From Octopus vulgaris (lineage: Eukaryota), in the NCBI GenBank assembly GCA_951406725.2, contig OX597819.1, positions 26,226,001 to 26,290,000 on the forward strand: 64,000 nt of DNA. Reading direction: 5' to 3'. The position numbers were made by a program, and so were the translations under genes. This document shows positions 13,687-27,949 of the stretch, one piece after another. Positions within the stretch are counted from its first letter, which is position 1. Each line of letters begins with the position of its first letter. The notes under the pieces are model-generated. The model did not search any database, was not told where the DNA came from, and worked only from the letters and a program-made list of their open reading frames with translations.

Positions 13687-14258
13687 ACATTATGTGTGTG
13701 CGTGTGTGAATGTGTGTGTAGCCACCCTGTGAAGAAATATCTAAGCCTATGACGTTCTGGATTGTGTTGGAGATTTTTTACAAAAGTTTGGGTACTCAGT
13801 GACATATAATTTCAAAATTTAATAACTCTTCAAACAGTTATAAAGAGAATCGGAATGCATTATATAGAATAGTGAAATGTGCAATTTTCCTTTTTGTCTT
13901 AAAATTATATTTGTTATACCAATATTATCATGAGAGCGGAAGTAACAGAGAAATGAATCCAAGTTCAAAGATGAGCACAGGAAGTAAGAGAGAAGGCTGC
14001 CATGGAGAATGTAAGCTGAAATAAGCGATGCTAAAGCTTTTGAGCACAGATGGTGTTCATAATGAGCACAAATAAAGTGAAAGCCGCATTTGTATAAAAA
14101 TATTGTGAAATTGGCTTGCAGTAAACTATCAATTCAGACATAGACAGTCAATCCTTTGTCCGAACTTGTCTGCAACGTTTCTTATGTCTGATTTAAATCA
14201 GATTCATACATATATAGAAAGAAATATGTAGATACACACACGTAAATATATATATATA

Positions 14259-14305
<47 letters not shown>

Positions 14306-15124
14306 ATACATATATATGCATATATATATGTGTGTGTGTGTGTGTGTGTATACATATATATGCATACATATATGTGAGTGTCCGTGAGTGTGTATATATG
14401 TATACATATATATATATTTGTGGGTATGTGTATCTGTATGCGCATTTGAGCATGTGTGTGCCTATTGACAGGATGACAGATGTCTGCCGGTATGTATGTG
14501 CATATGTATGTGTGGGTACATGTGCGCCTGAATGTATACATGCGCGCACATATATGTACATATACATGTGTGAGTGTGTGTCTGTGCGTGGCTGTTGTTT
14601 TAGGCAGCCACAAAGACTAAAGACTGGAATCGCATACCCACCCAAAATTCTTGACCATGCTGTTGTCTTTGCTGCCGTTGCCAGTCATCAAAGGCTTACG
14701 CACACTAAAGCCATTCAATCTAATGCCATAAACAACCCTTCCACACATACCCAACTTGCATTTATATTTGATTCTTTTTATTTTATTTTTATCCATTGGT
14801 TTTTGTTACTTTTAGCATCGACTTCTTAGTCACAACTATAACCTCCTCTCCCTATTTACATTAGACATTTTATGTTATTTTTCATTTTTTCCTTCATTAC
14901 CATATCTTCCTCACTGTACCAAATGTGTCTGAATTACATCTGACCACCAGCATATAACTTGGAGTGAAAACGAAATGCAGATCTGGTAAGTTTTGAAGAA
15001 CGTTACGTCACCTGATGAGACCGGTTTGCACTGTGCGTTGCATCTTATGTCATTACATTGCCACACGCCCACTAGAGAGTAGTGCAGAATGGAGCTGAAA
15101 CGATTGTTGTGCTATTTTCCGTAT

Positions 15125-15156
<32 letters not shown>

Positions 15157-15479
15157 ACAGGAAGGAATTTCGATTATCCCCACGCGGTGAGTTGTAATGC
15201 AATATAGTAATTACATAGTTATAATATATTTTTTAATATGTAAATAATAAGGGGAGGTAACTGGTAATCGTTATCATTGGGGACAGGGGAGGTAAATGCT
15301 CATCTTTCAGTGGGGAGATGAATAAATATATATACACAATCTTTGATGAATTTCAGCAAGGGTCTCGGTAAGATGTCAAGAAAATTGCTTAGGCAGTGAG
15401 TTTCTAAGCAATTTTTTTAGACATCCTACTGAAACCAGAAGGTGGTGCTAGAAATTTCCTGCTTATAAGGTTATCGCGA

Positions 15480-15652
15480 AAGGCCTCGTTAGAGACTCAA
15501 CTGTCCGAGTTCTTTTACAGATCTTAGAAAGCATGAAAGGCCGCTGCAATAAATGTGTGAAGCTGAGAGGGAAATAAGTTAAATAAAATCATAATTAACT
15601 GATCACCTGTATTTTCTTTTAGCCAGAAAGGAACTTTTCAGCTCCCCCTCTT
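15480..15652 (+). mobile_element. Decayed mariner 3' end
   Basis: Reads RCNKCVKLRG (compare RWxKCIxxxGxY), followed by a TIR-like GGAACTTTTCAGCTCCCCCTC. Confidence 0.55.
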
Positions 15653-17787
15653 ACATGTCTTTACTGACTTCCGTGTGTGTTTGTGTGTGTGTGTGTGCGT
15701 GCGTGCATGTGTGCGTGCGTGCGTGCGTGCATGTGCGCGTGCGTGCGTGCATGTGTGTGTGTGTTTGGGGTTAGATGTTACAAATAATGGATTTCTATAT
15801 TTGGATTTCCATATTAAACCCAAAGTATTTAACTGGCTTATTGAAAAATTTAGTTTCACTATACCGAACGAAATATAACAATTTGATATATTCTGTCTCC
15901 TCAAAGGAGCTAGGACATAAATATCCACGAAAATTAAATGGTTTTCTTTCGTTTCTAGCAGTATGTAGTTGCTATGATTATACCACTTTAAAAACACCTC
16001 ATTGTTATCACAGTTTTAGTAGTCTTGGACAATTTATGCACTGGGGCTATATTTCCTCATGGCATGTTCACTCTATATTGCAAAATTGTGTGTGTATGTG
16101 TAATCCTGTGTGCGCGTATGTGTCCGTTTGCATCTGTGAATGTATGTGTGGCATTTTGGTAAATATTATTACGAACTTAAATTTTCTTCATGTTACTTCA
16201 GTTTAGTTGATGTAATTTATCATAAAATGTTATTTGAATATTTTGAACACTGTACGGTATGCTAAGGGAACATTAGATCCCAGTTATGTGCCCCAGGCAT
16301 CAGCTTATAGCAAAAAACTTTGAAGATTAAAAGAATCACAGTTGCAAATGTAGATCTGTACCCGCATAATTTGAAAAAAAAATACTAACAATTTAAAAAT
16401 AAGATACTAATAGACTTTATGTGCGTATATGTTTGCATGAATGTGTGCGTGTGTACGCGTGTATATGTGTGTATGCGCGTGTTTGTGTATGCGTGTGTGT
16501 ATGTGTATTATTGCATAACAATAGAGAGGGTTGTATTTGCCAGAAAATGTATTGAAAAAATATATCGATGTAGTCATAAGGAAGTGGATTTTGGTATTGA
16601 ATTATTTGTTTATATGAGCCATATAAATTATTTGTTGTCTCAGAAATTAATTGTTGTCTCATATAAATTATAGTTGTCTCATAAATTCTCTGTCACACAG
16701 CTGAGTGAGTTTTCTGTTATCTATGTCGTGTTTGCCAATCACGACGGCTAATACTTAGTTTTGTAATTTGAAGTTACTTTTTTCCTCTCTCGGATCGTTA
16801 AACTCTGGCTGAACTGTAGAAGCGTCGTAGTCTTGTTCAGTGAATCTAGTTCATTTGAAACTTGGTAGAGCCCATCTTTTCCCATGCAATCACGTAGTTC
16901 ATTCACGTACTCCTTCCAGTGTGTGACAGGCAGAGCAGAAGTGGAAGAATAATGAGTACAGAACTGATAATTTATTGATTGAAATTGTATCGATGAAACG
17001 TCAAATTCACCTGAGCAGGATTTGAAATAAGTACACCGAGAACCGGATCAGAAACTGCAAATGATTCTGTCTAATACTCTAATGATTCAACTCATGCTTC
17101 GAATTTACACGATGCGAGAGACACCAACTTATGTTTCTCTTTTATAGACTTGCTTTAAGATTGTTATTTAAAGAACAATTTGATTTAAACTTCAATCACA
17201 ATGTTTCTAGCCTGTTACTGTTTTCACTGTTATATTTGCAAAATGTTTGCCGATTTTCTCATCAAATAAGTGGAGTCTTCAGGGAAAAAATAATCTACCA
17301 CGAAGTCCACTTCGGTACTGAAACGGATGTGTAGGCTACTGATCGAAGTGCCCAATCGAAAGTTGTCAATATTTTTTGGCAGTCGTCGTGGGTGGGGTGT
17401 TGACTTGTGCAAATCGATAAAATATTTTTGTTGATTGATTATAAAGAAATTCTAGGGATGTTCTTTGAAGTAGTTTTCTCGAGAATTCGATCGATAAAAT
17501 CCTGAACGAGATTTACGGGAAATTTAGAGGGTATTTGTTTACAATGGTTAAGACTTATAGAATACGAATAGAGGAATATCATAACAACTATAATACGCGT
17601 GATTGCCAGAAACGCAAAACAATATATCAATGGTATTGCATAAATCTAAATTTCCCTCTACTGCAAGATATTCAAGAGAATTTGTTGTATGATTTCTACT
17701 AAGTAGTTCATACATGCTTATCCAATAAATGCCAACGCATTAAAGAACAAAATCTTCTGATATTCGTAGTAAATATAAAAACACTTA

Positions 17788-18007
17788 CTTTTTTACTATT
17801 TTACTTGTTTCAGTCATTTGACTGTGGCCATTCTGGAGCACCGCCTTTAGTCGAGCAAATCGACCCCAGGATTTATCCTTTGTAAGTCTAGTACTTATTA
17901 TATCGGTCTCTTTTGCCGAACCGCTAAGTTACGGGGACGTAAACACACCAGCATCAGTTGTCGAGCGATGTTGGGGGATAAATACAGACACACAAACATA
18001 TACACAC

Positions 18008-18042
<35 letters not shown>

Positions 18043-18205
18043 CGACGGGCTTCTTTCAGTTTCCGTCTACCAAATCCACTCATACGGCTATGGTCAGCCC
18101 GAAGCTATGGTAGAAGACACTTGCCCAAGGTACCACGCAGTGGGACTGAACCCGAGACCATGTGGCTCGTAAGCAAGCTACTTACCACACAGCCACCCCT
18201 ATACC
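17788..18205 (-). mobile_element. Family A SINE
   Basis: Reverse complement of the 40540 copy. Confidence 0.9.
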
Positions 18206-20074
18206 TATAACACTTATTAAATCTAAATATGTTACCAGTTGAAATATGCTTGCAACATATTTGAACTTTAAAAAAGTCTCGGCATTATGTCACGGAGAAA
18301 TTATCTTGCTTTAGCCAAATAGGTGTCAACACACAAAGTGAGTCCGAAGGACCCCTACCACAAATCAATGAATGCATGCTTTTCGCGTTAGTTATCTTCT
18401 CTTCAACATTAAATTTTGAAAGGAAGGTGCAACGAAGTAAGAACTGCATTAACGCAACGAAGTAAGGAAGGCATTGACTGAATAGGAGACGCTGCGAACT
18501 GACTTGGTGTGTTTATACTTATTTCTCTACTGCGAGAATTTGTCTCTGCCATAAAATACAGAGAATAGCTTTCTTTCGTATTGAAATATGTCTTAATTAT
18601 ACTTCATCTAGAAACAAGCTTATATTTGTACACATACTTGCTTGGCGCTTCTAATCCGTAAGTCATTAAATCTTAGTAATGGCATTGCAATATATTTCAA
18701 CATTTAAACACATACATAGATATCTTCTGAATTAAAGGTTTCAAGCATCAAATTATGAAAGATTAATACTGGAGACTAGAAGCTGAATTTTAAATAGATT
18801 TAAGAAGTCTGATCGAGCTCTTGAAATATTGGCTTTATTATAAATATGTATGTAGACATTTAAAGAGTGTAGTCAGTTACTGAAGATATTTCAATACAGA
18901 AGTGAAAGTAATCCAGTTGGTCCCTTTTTCTCTGTCCATGAAAAAAATGTATATAATTGGATGTCAAAGTCTGTTTATATACACACAAGTAACTAAAATT
19001 TACAGATTTACTGTGGAATAGTATAGCATTGAAGCAGGCATTGTTAATGCGCCAGCAATTTATTAGTTGAATAAAATTTATGGAACTAGAAAGTAAATAT
19101 GAAATTTAGCTGGTTAAAAGATGGAGAAACTTCATTACTATAGGAATAAGAAATATGTGAAAATAATCCTGATTCTATTTTTAGTGCTACCGCTCTCAAT
19201 AGCCCTTCGGAATGAGCTTGCATACAAATATAATCAAATGCTTCAATTTTATGATGCAAAATTCTTTTCCTTTCTCTAGTAATACGTTGACCAATGTGTC
19301 TAGCTGATACTCTATTGTTGTGTTTCGAAAATTCTAGAGTGTGATTTGAGGTAATTACGTTCCTATTTCTAACAGGACGTGCAACTTAGTAAAGACTCTC
19401 GTGTGTAGATATAGTTCAGCGCTGTAAGCAGCGTGAGTACTGTATAATTGATAAGTACCTCGTTAGCTTGCAGTGTTGAGTTCGATTCTCCAATCGACAT
19501 AAAAATAATCAGTCATTCAACAACTCAATTTCGAGCCAGTTTCTCTGATGTTTAAACAACGAATTCTAAATACGGCATCTTAGTCAAAGGGGGAGCTTCT
19601 TCTTGTCGCATGTGATGTGAAAATAGGAAACAAAACACCTTTAAATCACTTTTCATCCCCTTCGAATAAATCCCCTTCATAAGCTACAATCTTTATGGAG
19701 CGACATTTCCAAACATAAAAGCATCCCCGAAACTACAGTTTTGAGAAGGCAAGTGACTAACTCGTAGAATTCTCCTCTTGAATTCCTGCCAAATCTTCAG
19801 AATTTGTTCTTTCTAACTGGGATTCTTCTCAGGCCTGTGTTTCGAGGTCATAGCCTTAGATCTACGACCATTTTCAAAAAGTCTTCGCTTTCCTCAACAT
19901 AATCAAGTAGATACCTCACGGCTGAAACCTGATTTTCTTTTTGAGACAAGTACGCTCTACATATTTTACTTCATAGCACTACTATAATCAGGGTAAATGA
20001 GTGAGAACGTTATAATTTAGTGCGCATAGACAACTGATTTCTAGGTCAATCTTTGCCAATCAGCTTCACTCTGC

Positions 20075-20460
20075 GCACTCGTGACACACCGTCGGTTACG
20101 ACGACTAGGATTCCAGTTGATCCGATCAACGGAAAGGGGTTGCTCGTTAAATTAACCTGTAAGTAGCTGAGCATTCCACAGACACGTGTACCCTTAACGT
20201 AGTTCTCTGGGAGACTCAACGTGAAACAGTGTGTAACAAGGCTGGCCCTTTGAAATACAGGTACAACAGAAACAGGAAGAAAGAGTGGGAGAAAGTAGTG
20301 GTGAAAGAGTACAGCAAGGTCTGCCACCTCCTCCTTCAGGAGCCTCGTGGAGGCTTAGGTGTCGCTCAATAAACACTCACAACGCCCAGTCTGGGAATCG
20401 AAACTGCGATCCCACGACCGCGAGTCCGCTGTCCTAACCATTGGGCCATTGCGCCTCCAC
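20075..20460 (-). mobile_element. tRNA-derived SINE (family B)
   Basis: Minus-strand head GGAGGCGCAATGGCCCAATGGTTAGG..GTTTCGATTCCC; same head as 56721-57026. Confidence 0.85.
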
Positions 20461-20672
20461 TTCACTATATGTACTTTAGCTCCGTAAACAATGACACGAT
20501 TCCGATATTTTTTGACCAGACCTCATAGATAGGTACATAGATAGACAGACAGAAAGATACATACATACATAGATACATACATACATACATACATACATAC
20601 ATACATACATGCATGCATATATATGTATATGTGTGTGTGAGCGTGTGTGTGCATGTATGTATGTATGTATGT

Positions 20673-20708
<36 letters not shown>

Positions 20709-21087
20709 TGAGAGCGAGTCAGATAGATAGATAGGTATGTATGCCTGTATGTATGTATGTATGTATTTACATGCAGACAGACGGACAGACACAAAAATAA
20801 ACATATCTGTGTGTTTGTATCACGAAGTATTTACTTTCTTACGTATATCTGTAAATGCGGTGATGACGGTAAACTTCCTAGATGTCCTTTCATGCGATAT
20901 ATCTTACTGGTGCCCCATCAAATTCCCACAGACAAAAGCCTGTTGGATTTAGGTATCATAAATCTTGCGATTGATTCATTCCGAGTAACGAAACAAGAAT
21001 TAACACAATGTAATATCTACTTTTTAAAGAAAATGTGTTGCCATATAATATAAGAATATCGATTGCTACCTTTTCTTTAAATTATAT

Positions 21088-21273
21088 ATTTCTTTACTAC
21101 CCACAAGGGGCTAAACACAGAGGAGACAAACAAGGACAGACAAAGGGACTAAGTCGATTACATCGACCCCAGTGCGTAACTGGTACTTAATTTATCGACC
21201 CCGGAAGGATGAAAGGCAAGGTCGACCTCGGCGGAATTTGAACTCGGAACGTAACGGCAACGCATTTCGCCGT
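21088..21273 (-). mobile_element. SINE with Nin-like central domain
   Basis: Minus strand CCTTTCATCCTTCCGGGGTCGATAAATTAAGTACCAGTT resembles the Nin-DC-SINE core. Confidence 0.75.
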
Positions 21274-21409
21274 ATTTAAATTATAGGCATGTGAAATGAT
21301 TTCGTAACGAACATCATTCAAAGAACGCAAATCCAAGTGAGTCGAGTGGGAATCGAAACCGGATGAAAAAAGCAGTTTATTGGAAACTTGGTTCGGCATT
21401 TGTTACTTA

Positions 21410-21813
21410 TTTACTCTTTCTCTTTTACTTGTTTCAGTCATTTGACTGCGGCCATGCTGGAGCACCGCCTTTAGTCGAGCAAATCGACCCCGGGACTTAT
21501 TCTTTGTAAGCCCAGTACTTATTCTATCGGTCTCTTTTGCCGAACCGCTAAGTGACGGGAACATAAACACACCAGCATCGGTTGTCAAGCAATGCTAGAG
21601 GGACAAACATGCACATATATATATATATATATATATATATGCATATATACGACGGGCTTCTTTCAGTTTCCGTCTACCAAATCCACTCACAAGGCTATGG
21701 TCGGCCCGAAGCTATAGTAGAAGACACCTGCCCAAGATGCCACGCAGTGGGACTGAACCCGTAACCATGTGGTTGGCAAGCAAGCTACTTACCACACAGC
21801 CACTCCTGCGCCT
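21410..21813 (-). mobile_element. Family A SINE
   Basis: Full head GGCGCAGGAGTGGCTGTGTGGTAAG, B-box-like GGGTTCAGTCCC, and (GTAAAAGA) tail. Confidence 0.9.
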
Positions 21814-22427
21814 ATTAACTTATAACTATTTAACTTATAGTTTTAGTATCTGTTATCTGACGGGGATAATGCTATCGAATTAAAAATATTTCAATAGTCG
21901 TCCGTGGGTGGCAAATATTTCGAATTCAGAAGGAAGAAATGTGTCTGAATAGTTAAATCAAACACTGAAAACATAGTACTTCTTAGAGACGTAAGATTAG
22001 TTTTACAAGATATCCGCCGTGACATAAAAGAAAAGTTTAATAGAAAACAGAGCAAGTAATATAGCTATAAAAGCAAGGACGTTTAGAGACGATCCAATTA
22101 ATTCCTGTGACAGGTTCCATTAACGACAATCATTCAATGTAAAGTGTCAATGTAAATGTAGATAAGATAAAGTTTCGCTGGACTCGTAGATAAAACAGGC
22201 AAAATATTTCTAAGCTGGTCATACAGTATGACTGTGATTAATAAGCAAGGTGCAATTGAATTTAGTAAAACATGGTGCGTAACTTCTCAAGTGGTGGGTG
22301 TATACGTGTATGTATGCATGCATGTATATGCACACACACACACATATACATAAACATACATACAAATGTATGCATACATGTACACACACACACACAAACA
22401 AGCTCACACACATACATATACACACAA

Positions 22428-22460
<33 letters not shown>

Positions 22461-22508
22461 AACGTATATATGTGTGTGTGTGTGAGTTCAAAAGTTTATA
22501 TCGAACTG

Positions 22509-22907
22509 GCAGTATCGCCCGGTGTTGCTCGGGTTTGTAAGGGAAATAACTATATAAGCAGTTTTAGAGAATTATTTCCCTTATATAATAGAAAAAAATG
22601 CATGAAAAATGGAAAAAAATTATGGTAATTTTTTTTTTAAATCGTAGAGTCATCGTAGACATTTTTAGAGAGTTACTTCCTTTATATATGCAAAAAATGC
22701 ATTAAAAAATGGGAAAAATTGATGGTAAATTTTTTTTAAATCGTAGACTCATCGTAGACGCGCGCTAATACCCAGAAGGGCTCGATATGAATCACGACTA
22801 TAAGATACCCGGTTTTGGTTAAACTGCACCGCCAAATGTGGGAGTAGTTAGGAATCTAAATCGTAGGAGACAGACAGCACACAACTTCTCTTTTAAATAT
22901 AAAGATT
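22509..22907 (-). mobile_element. Non-autonomous Helitron-like element with internal ~97 bp tandem duplication
   Basis: Minus strand begins A|TCTTTATATTTAAAAG and ends with hairpin CCCGAGCAACACCGGG, a spacer and CCAG|T (CTAG variant); duplicated units at 22563-22660 and 22661-22758. Confidence 0.65.
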
Positions 22908-25245
22908 TCAGATTTTTTTCATCATTCTTTGCGATTCAAGCGTGGGCTAAGACTTCCAGAGGAAGTTCTGAGCCTTTGTATCGAATTTGCATTCGAATAG
23001 ATTTCGTTTCATTCTAATAAATTGGCTGATATGGAGAGAAAGAACAACGTGAGAAAATAGCACTTAACCATCCATACATTACGTCTACATCAGCACGAGA
23101 CACCTTATTTCACCTTCTTCTACACTGTCCAGCTGTCAAAAACGTGTTGCACCAGTAATTAAATGGGTCCAGCTTTGTCTATTTAACTTATCAACTAAAC
23201 AGTTTTTGTCATGCTGTATCAAATAACGGTGTTGAGAGGGCAAATACTTATTGAGTAATAATATGTATGCGGGTGCGCATGTATTCATGGGTGTATGAAT
23301 GCGTTTATTATACGTGTGCAGGTGAGGAAGATGACTTATGTGCACGCAGGTGAGTAACATTTTGTTTACGTACGATTTATGAATAGGATATTCAATTCCT
23401 GGAAACAATACCTTATTCTAAAGCATTGTATCGAACGATTGGAAGCTATTTTACACAATATAATTTATATTATCTGAAGGAGCTTCTAAATATGACTGAA
23501 TATATTTACAAGCGTCTTCTTGTTAAAATCATTATCTTTTCAAGTATTCTTAATATCACTAAGCTCCACAGGGCTACCAACTCTTTCACGAGTGGTGCTA
23601 CTATATGACAATTCGACTTGTTGGAAATACCAGCAAAATCTCTTTCAAGTTATACCGTATAATTTTAGCAAAAAGAAGAAAGTATTGGGTAACGAAGCCA
23701 AAGATAAACTATCGCAACGAAAGAATGTGATGACCATGACTGGAACACTTTGGATTATACGTTTGTTCAATCAGGATTATGTGATCTAGATTAATCAAGA
23801 ATTACACTATGTACGAATTTAAAACAAATACCTTGTAATTTTATCCAAGAATTGTGTTATAATACAGTAATTTGTAGATAGGTAAATCTTAATGAATACG
23901 GTCCCCGATGTTATAATTAGTTAATGACATCATTCTGCCAAGTAACATCTTTTAAAAGATGTTTAGTTTTCAAATTTTCACTACATGGCAAATTTTCGCA
24001 GTTTGTTTTTAAATTAGATTCGGATCGGTTCTAGCATTGTAAGTGAAACGTGGTAGAAGAAAACTATGAGGAAGTTCATCAAGTTGTCTGTACATGTAAT
24101 TCAAACGGGCAACTTTGTCACACACAAATTCTGGCAGACGATTACCTTAAAGGTACACGTGATTTGGAATACTAACACCTACACACTAGTTCAGAGATCA
24201 TGTAGTAGAATTAATCTTACCCTGGAATACTCGTCATGGAAACCGTCGGAGATACAAAGTGATTTGTTTTACATTGTATTTAACATTCTAAGCATTATAC
24301 GCAATAGAACATGTACTCTATGATGACATAGCAAGCATTCAGCTACTTCCTTTCACTCCTGTATAGTAAATCTGTGCAAAACTAAACACACACTCTGACT
24401 TCAACACTTCCTTAGCTGAATCCCCAAAAGATGTTACTTGTGTATTATTTTAAAATCTTAAGTCATCATTTGTGCACCATTATTATGCACTTTATTTATA
24501 TAATGCATATTTGAAACATCGTTTCAGTTCCCATAATGTATCAAGGAGTATATTGTCAGTTAGATCCCACCTTGATTCGGGACCAGTATCATTTTATAAA
24601 TCATATATATAAGTCACATTATATATCACATATTACAAAGTTTTGATTAAACTAAGTAGGTAAAGAGACATGACTAAATATCGTAAATTATTTTGTCTGT
24701 CATTATTCCACTTCCATCCACAATTTTAGGTTCAAGAACCGCTTCTGAGAATGTCATGTAAGACGTCATCACAACCGAATTATATCGTAATTTAACAACA
24801 TATGTGGAATTATATAAATGTCAAGCAGATGACAGAGAAAAAGTATCTTGACTATTCAATTAGACTTTATAAATCATGAAAATAATCCTTTTTCTTTTTC
24901 ATTTGGATCATTTTCACAATTCTCATACGCCTTTATATCACTACTCAATGGGAAAGCTTCGACATGGTAGCTCGAACTGTAAGAAATAACAATTAAATCT
25001 CCATCAAATCATATACATCTCCCTTTGTAATGTGATGTTAGTTCCTGGTATGTAAGGTAAGTAAAAGGATATCACGCCTAGAAAACATTGGTCGTGATCA
25101 AGTGCTTGTATCATAAAACTGATCAATTAGGGCTGACATAATTGCTAATCGACACCAACAAAATTAAAATAAAAGCCTGCATAAACATACATACAGAGGG
25201 ACAAGCATAAACACACGCATACAGGTGCACAAATATATGCAAATA

Positions 25246-26540
25246 CAGGATGGGGAAGAGGGTACGGACGTTTTTGAAAAATTCACACAATTATTAATTT
25301 TAGGTGCAAACAAATTTTACTAACAACAATGTGTTCGTACTGAATTAGCATTTCTCAAAATCAAGTGTGAGAAACGACATCCATTATGTGGGGTCTGTTT
25401 TTATTGATGCCTTTCTGAAGGCATTGTTGGAGGTTGGCCTCCACTCTCTCCAACATTGTTCTATGGATTTGGGTGACCTGCACGCGAATAGCTGCCTTCA
25501 GATCGTCCAATGAACGGGGCTGCTGCGCATACGCACGTGCTTTGAGGCTTCTCCACAAGAAATAATCACACATGGACAAATCAGGGGACCGAGGAGTCCA
25601 AGGAATGTTAGCAAATCTTGAACGAGGCGGTCACCGAAGAGAAAGCGAAAAACATCTATTGATGCTCTGGCTGTGTTTGACCGTTGCTGCATCCTGTTGA
25701 AACCACACACGTCGAACAGGCATACGTTTTCGTCGTAATTCAGGCACATATAATTTGTTTATCATCTCGATGTAACGCTCGGAGTTCACAGTAACAACAT
25801 TTCCATTATTGTCTTAAAAAAAATGTACGGACCAATGCTGCAGCTTTTCCAAGAGCACACTTTTAGGCAGTGCAATGGTCTTTTGGGATTTTCAAGAGCC
25901 CAATAAATACAGTTCTGTTGATTCACCATGCCATTTAGACGAAAATGCGCTTCCTCACACATTAACAAAATGAGGTTGTCTTTTGCCTGAAAAACTGCTT
26001 CTGCCTGACGTGCAAACTTAAACCGTTGTGCATAGTCCCATGGTTTCAACTGTTGCCCAATGACTAATTTGTACGGGTGGAATGCAGCTCTTTATGCAAA
26101 CTACGCCTTACCGATCGATTACCGATGCCAAGTTCAGTGGAATGCCTCCGAATAGAGCGATTCGGAGTCCGTATTAAAGCTTGTCTGACGTGCCCCACAT
26201 TTCTGGAGTCCGTACCATTCCTGGCGCCCCACCGTACTCCTATTCATTAATGTACCTCATGTACGAAGTGCATTCACCAAACGTAAGATATTGCTTCGGG
26301 TGGAAACAGCTTGATTTCAGTGAATGCTGAAGTGGCGCAGAGACTCAAGCTGAACTGCTGTGACAGATACGTTACTTTTCACGTAACTGACGTAGGCAAA
26401 CACGTGGTGCTCTCTCCTCCACAACATCATAGTATCATCTCAAAAGAAAAACAAAGGCTAAGATACCATGGATGGAATGGTACCTGCCGGACATATGTCC
26501 CTTCCCATTTCAAAATCGTCCGTATTTCTGCCCCACCCTG
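25246..26540 (-). mobile_element. Tc1/mariner DD41D (rosa-like) transposon with pseudogenised transposase
   Basis: TA-flanked imperfect TIRs CAGGATGGGGAAGAGGGTACGGACG and CGTCCGTATTTCTGCCCCACCCTG; motifs EEAHFRLNGMVNQQNC and WTPRSPDLSMCDYFLW; about 41 residues between the 2nd and 3rd D after frameshift repair. Confidence 0.85.
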
Positions 26541-27528
26541 TATAATCAGACATAGTCATTTACACCAGTGTATTATACACACAGGCTTATATGTAGAAAT
26601 AAATTTAAAGAAAACTCTAAATTTATAATTGGATCAAGTGTAAATAAAATCTGTGTATATGTGATTATCTCTACACTTAAGTACATTTTTGTTATGATTA
26701 AGTTACTCAGATATGTAGATAGTGCGCGCTTGCGTGTGATCTTTCTACTTTATAGTTACTGGCATTTTTTTCCATAATAGGGTAGCAGGTCCCCCAGGAA
26801 AAAACAATTTCACCATCATTAAAGCTTGGATATCAGGACAGATAATTGTAACATATCGAACTAGAATATTTTAACTTCTCCAGTTCCTGAATGTATCACT
26901 AAAATTCGTGTGAACCGGTTTCTTTCTTTGCTTGAAAACCTAGCTTCTATAGATTGTAGCTTAGACATTTACGACGTATAGGACTGCAATATTAATCGCT
27001 GTAGTCTCATATTTGTTTTGCATTGTAACATTACAGATTGGGCCTGATCGATCACAGCTATGATAAAAAGATTGTCAATTCGAGTTAGTCTTGTATTTTC
27101 TGTTTATTGTAGTGGATTGAGGATTATATGATCCAAGACAAGCTTGTCAATTATTTTTATATAAGTAAAAAATAATGCTAGTGAGATTTAGCTGGTCGGG
27201 CTTGCAAGTCAAAACCTATCATGTCACTTAAACATCTTAACGTATCACCCAAGTGATAAGAAATATTTATGAAATGTAATAGATTCCGTAAAACATCTTA
27301 CGTGAACAAACATGACATTGAATATAATTAATATAATTTTACACCATGGACTGAGTAGCTAAATTTTCCATTCAAATATTTATATTTTTCCTTGATATTT
27401 CTATTAAACGAAGCATGCCATACATAAATTTACTACACTCCATATTGAACCCAAACGTGCAGTGAGGTTAGTTTTTCAAGGACTGGGGAACAATACATAC
27501 TAATAGATTTTTCTAGATGATATTATTA

Positions 27529-27686
27529 TTAATAATTATCGCCAGGCTAACATGACAGTCCAGAAAATTAGGACGAATGCTACCGTTTATTAGCTCCAAG
27601 AGGCCATCGTCTCTAGGTAGCTATGTGACACACAAACATGTGTCCATTTTTCTGGACTGCCATGTTAGCTTGGCGATAACTATTAA
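27529..27686. repeat. Inverted repeat with ~39 bp arms (MITE-like or PLE-like)
   Basis: TTAATAATTATCGCCAGGCTAACATGACAGTCCAGAAAA and TTTTCTGGACTGCCATGTTAGCTTGGCGATAACTATTAA. Confidence 0.8.
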
Positions 27687-27949
27687 TGCCCAGTACCGCT
27701 GCCGTAGTCTCCTTTAGAGAAACTTAGAAATATTAATATTTCGATATTATTATTATTCGTGATTATAGAGAAATCCTCAATAAATTAAGAAACCGCCAGT
27801 CGATTTTTGTACATCATACGTCTGTAAAGTAAAAACAAAGCGACGATCTGGCAGAAACGTTAGAACATCCGATGACATATTCAATATTTGTTCCAGCACA
27901 GAAGTTTCAGATCAAATCACACAGTGTTTATGTACAATCACAGTGTAGG

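Noticed and set aside
15011-15055. CTGATGA next to ACCGGTTT as a hammerhead
   Set aside because: No downstream GAAA on the plus strand; the minus-strand fold needs several core substitutions
16755-16965. Minus-strand open frame (..HWKEYVNELRDCMGKDG..) as a possible exon
   Set aside because: Weak splice signals and no recognisable family; may be chance or an old LINE remnant
19560-19970. Very old mariner-like remnants (also near 47900-48300 and 52600-53100)
   Set aside because: Only faint motif resemblance; boundaries cannot be supported without a repeat library
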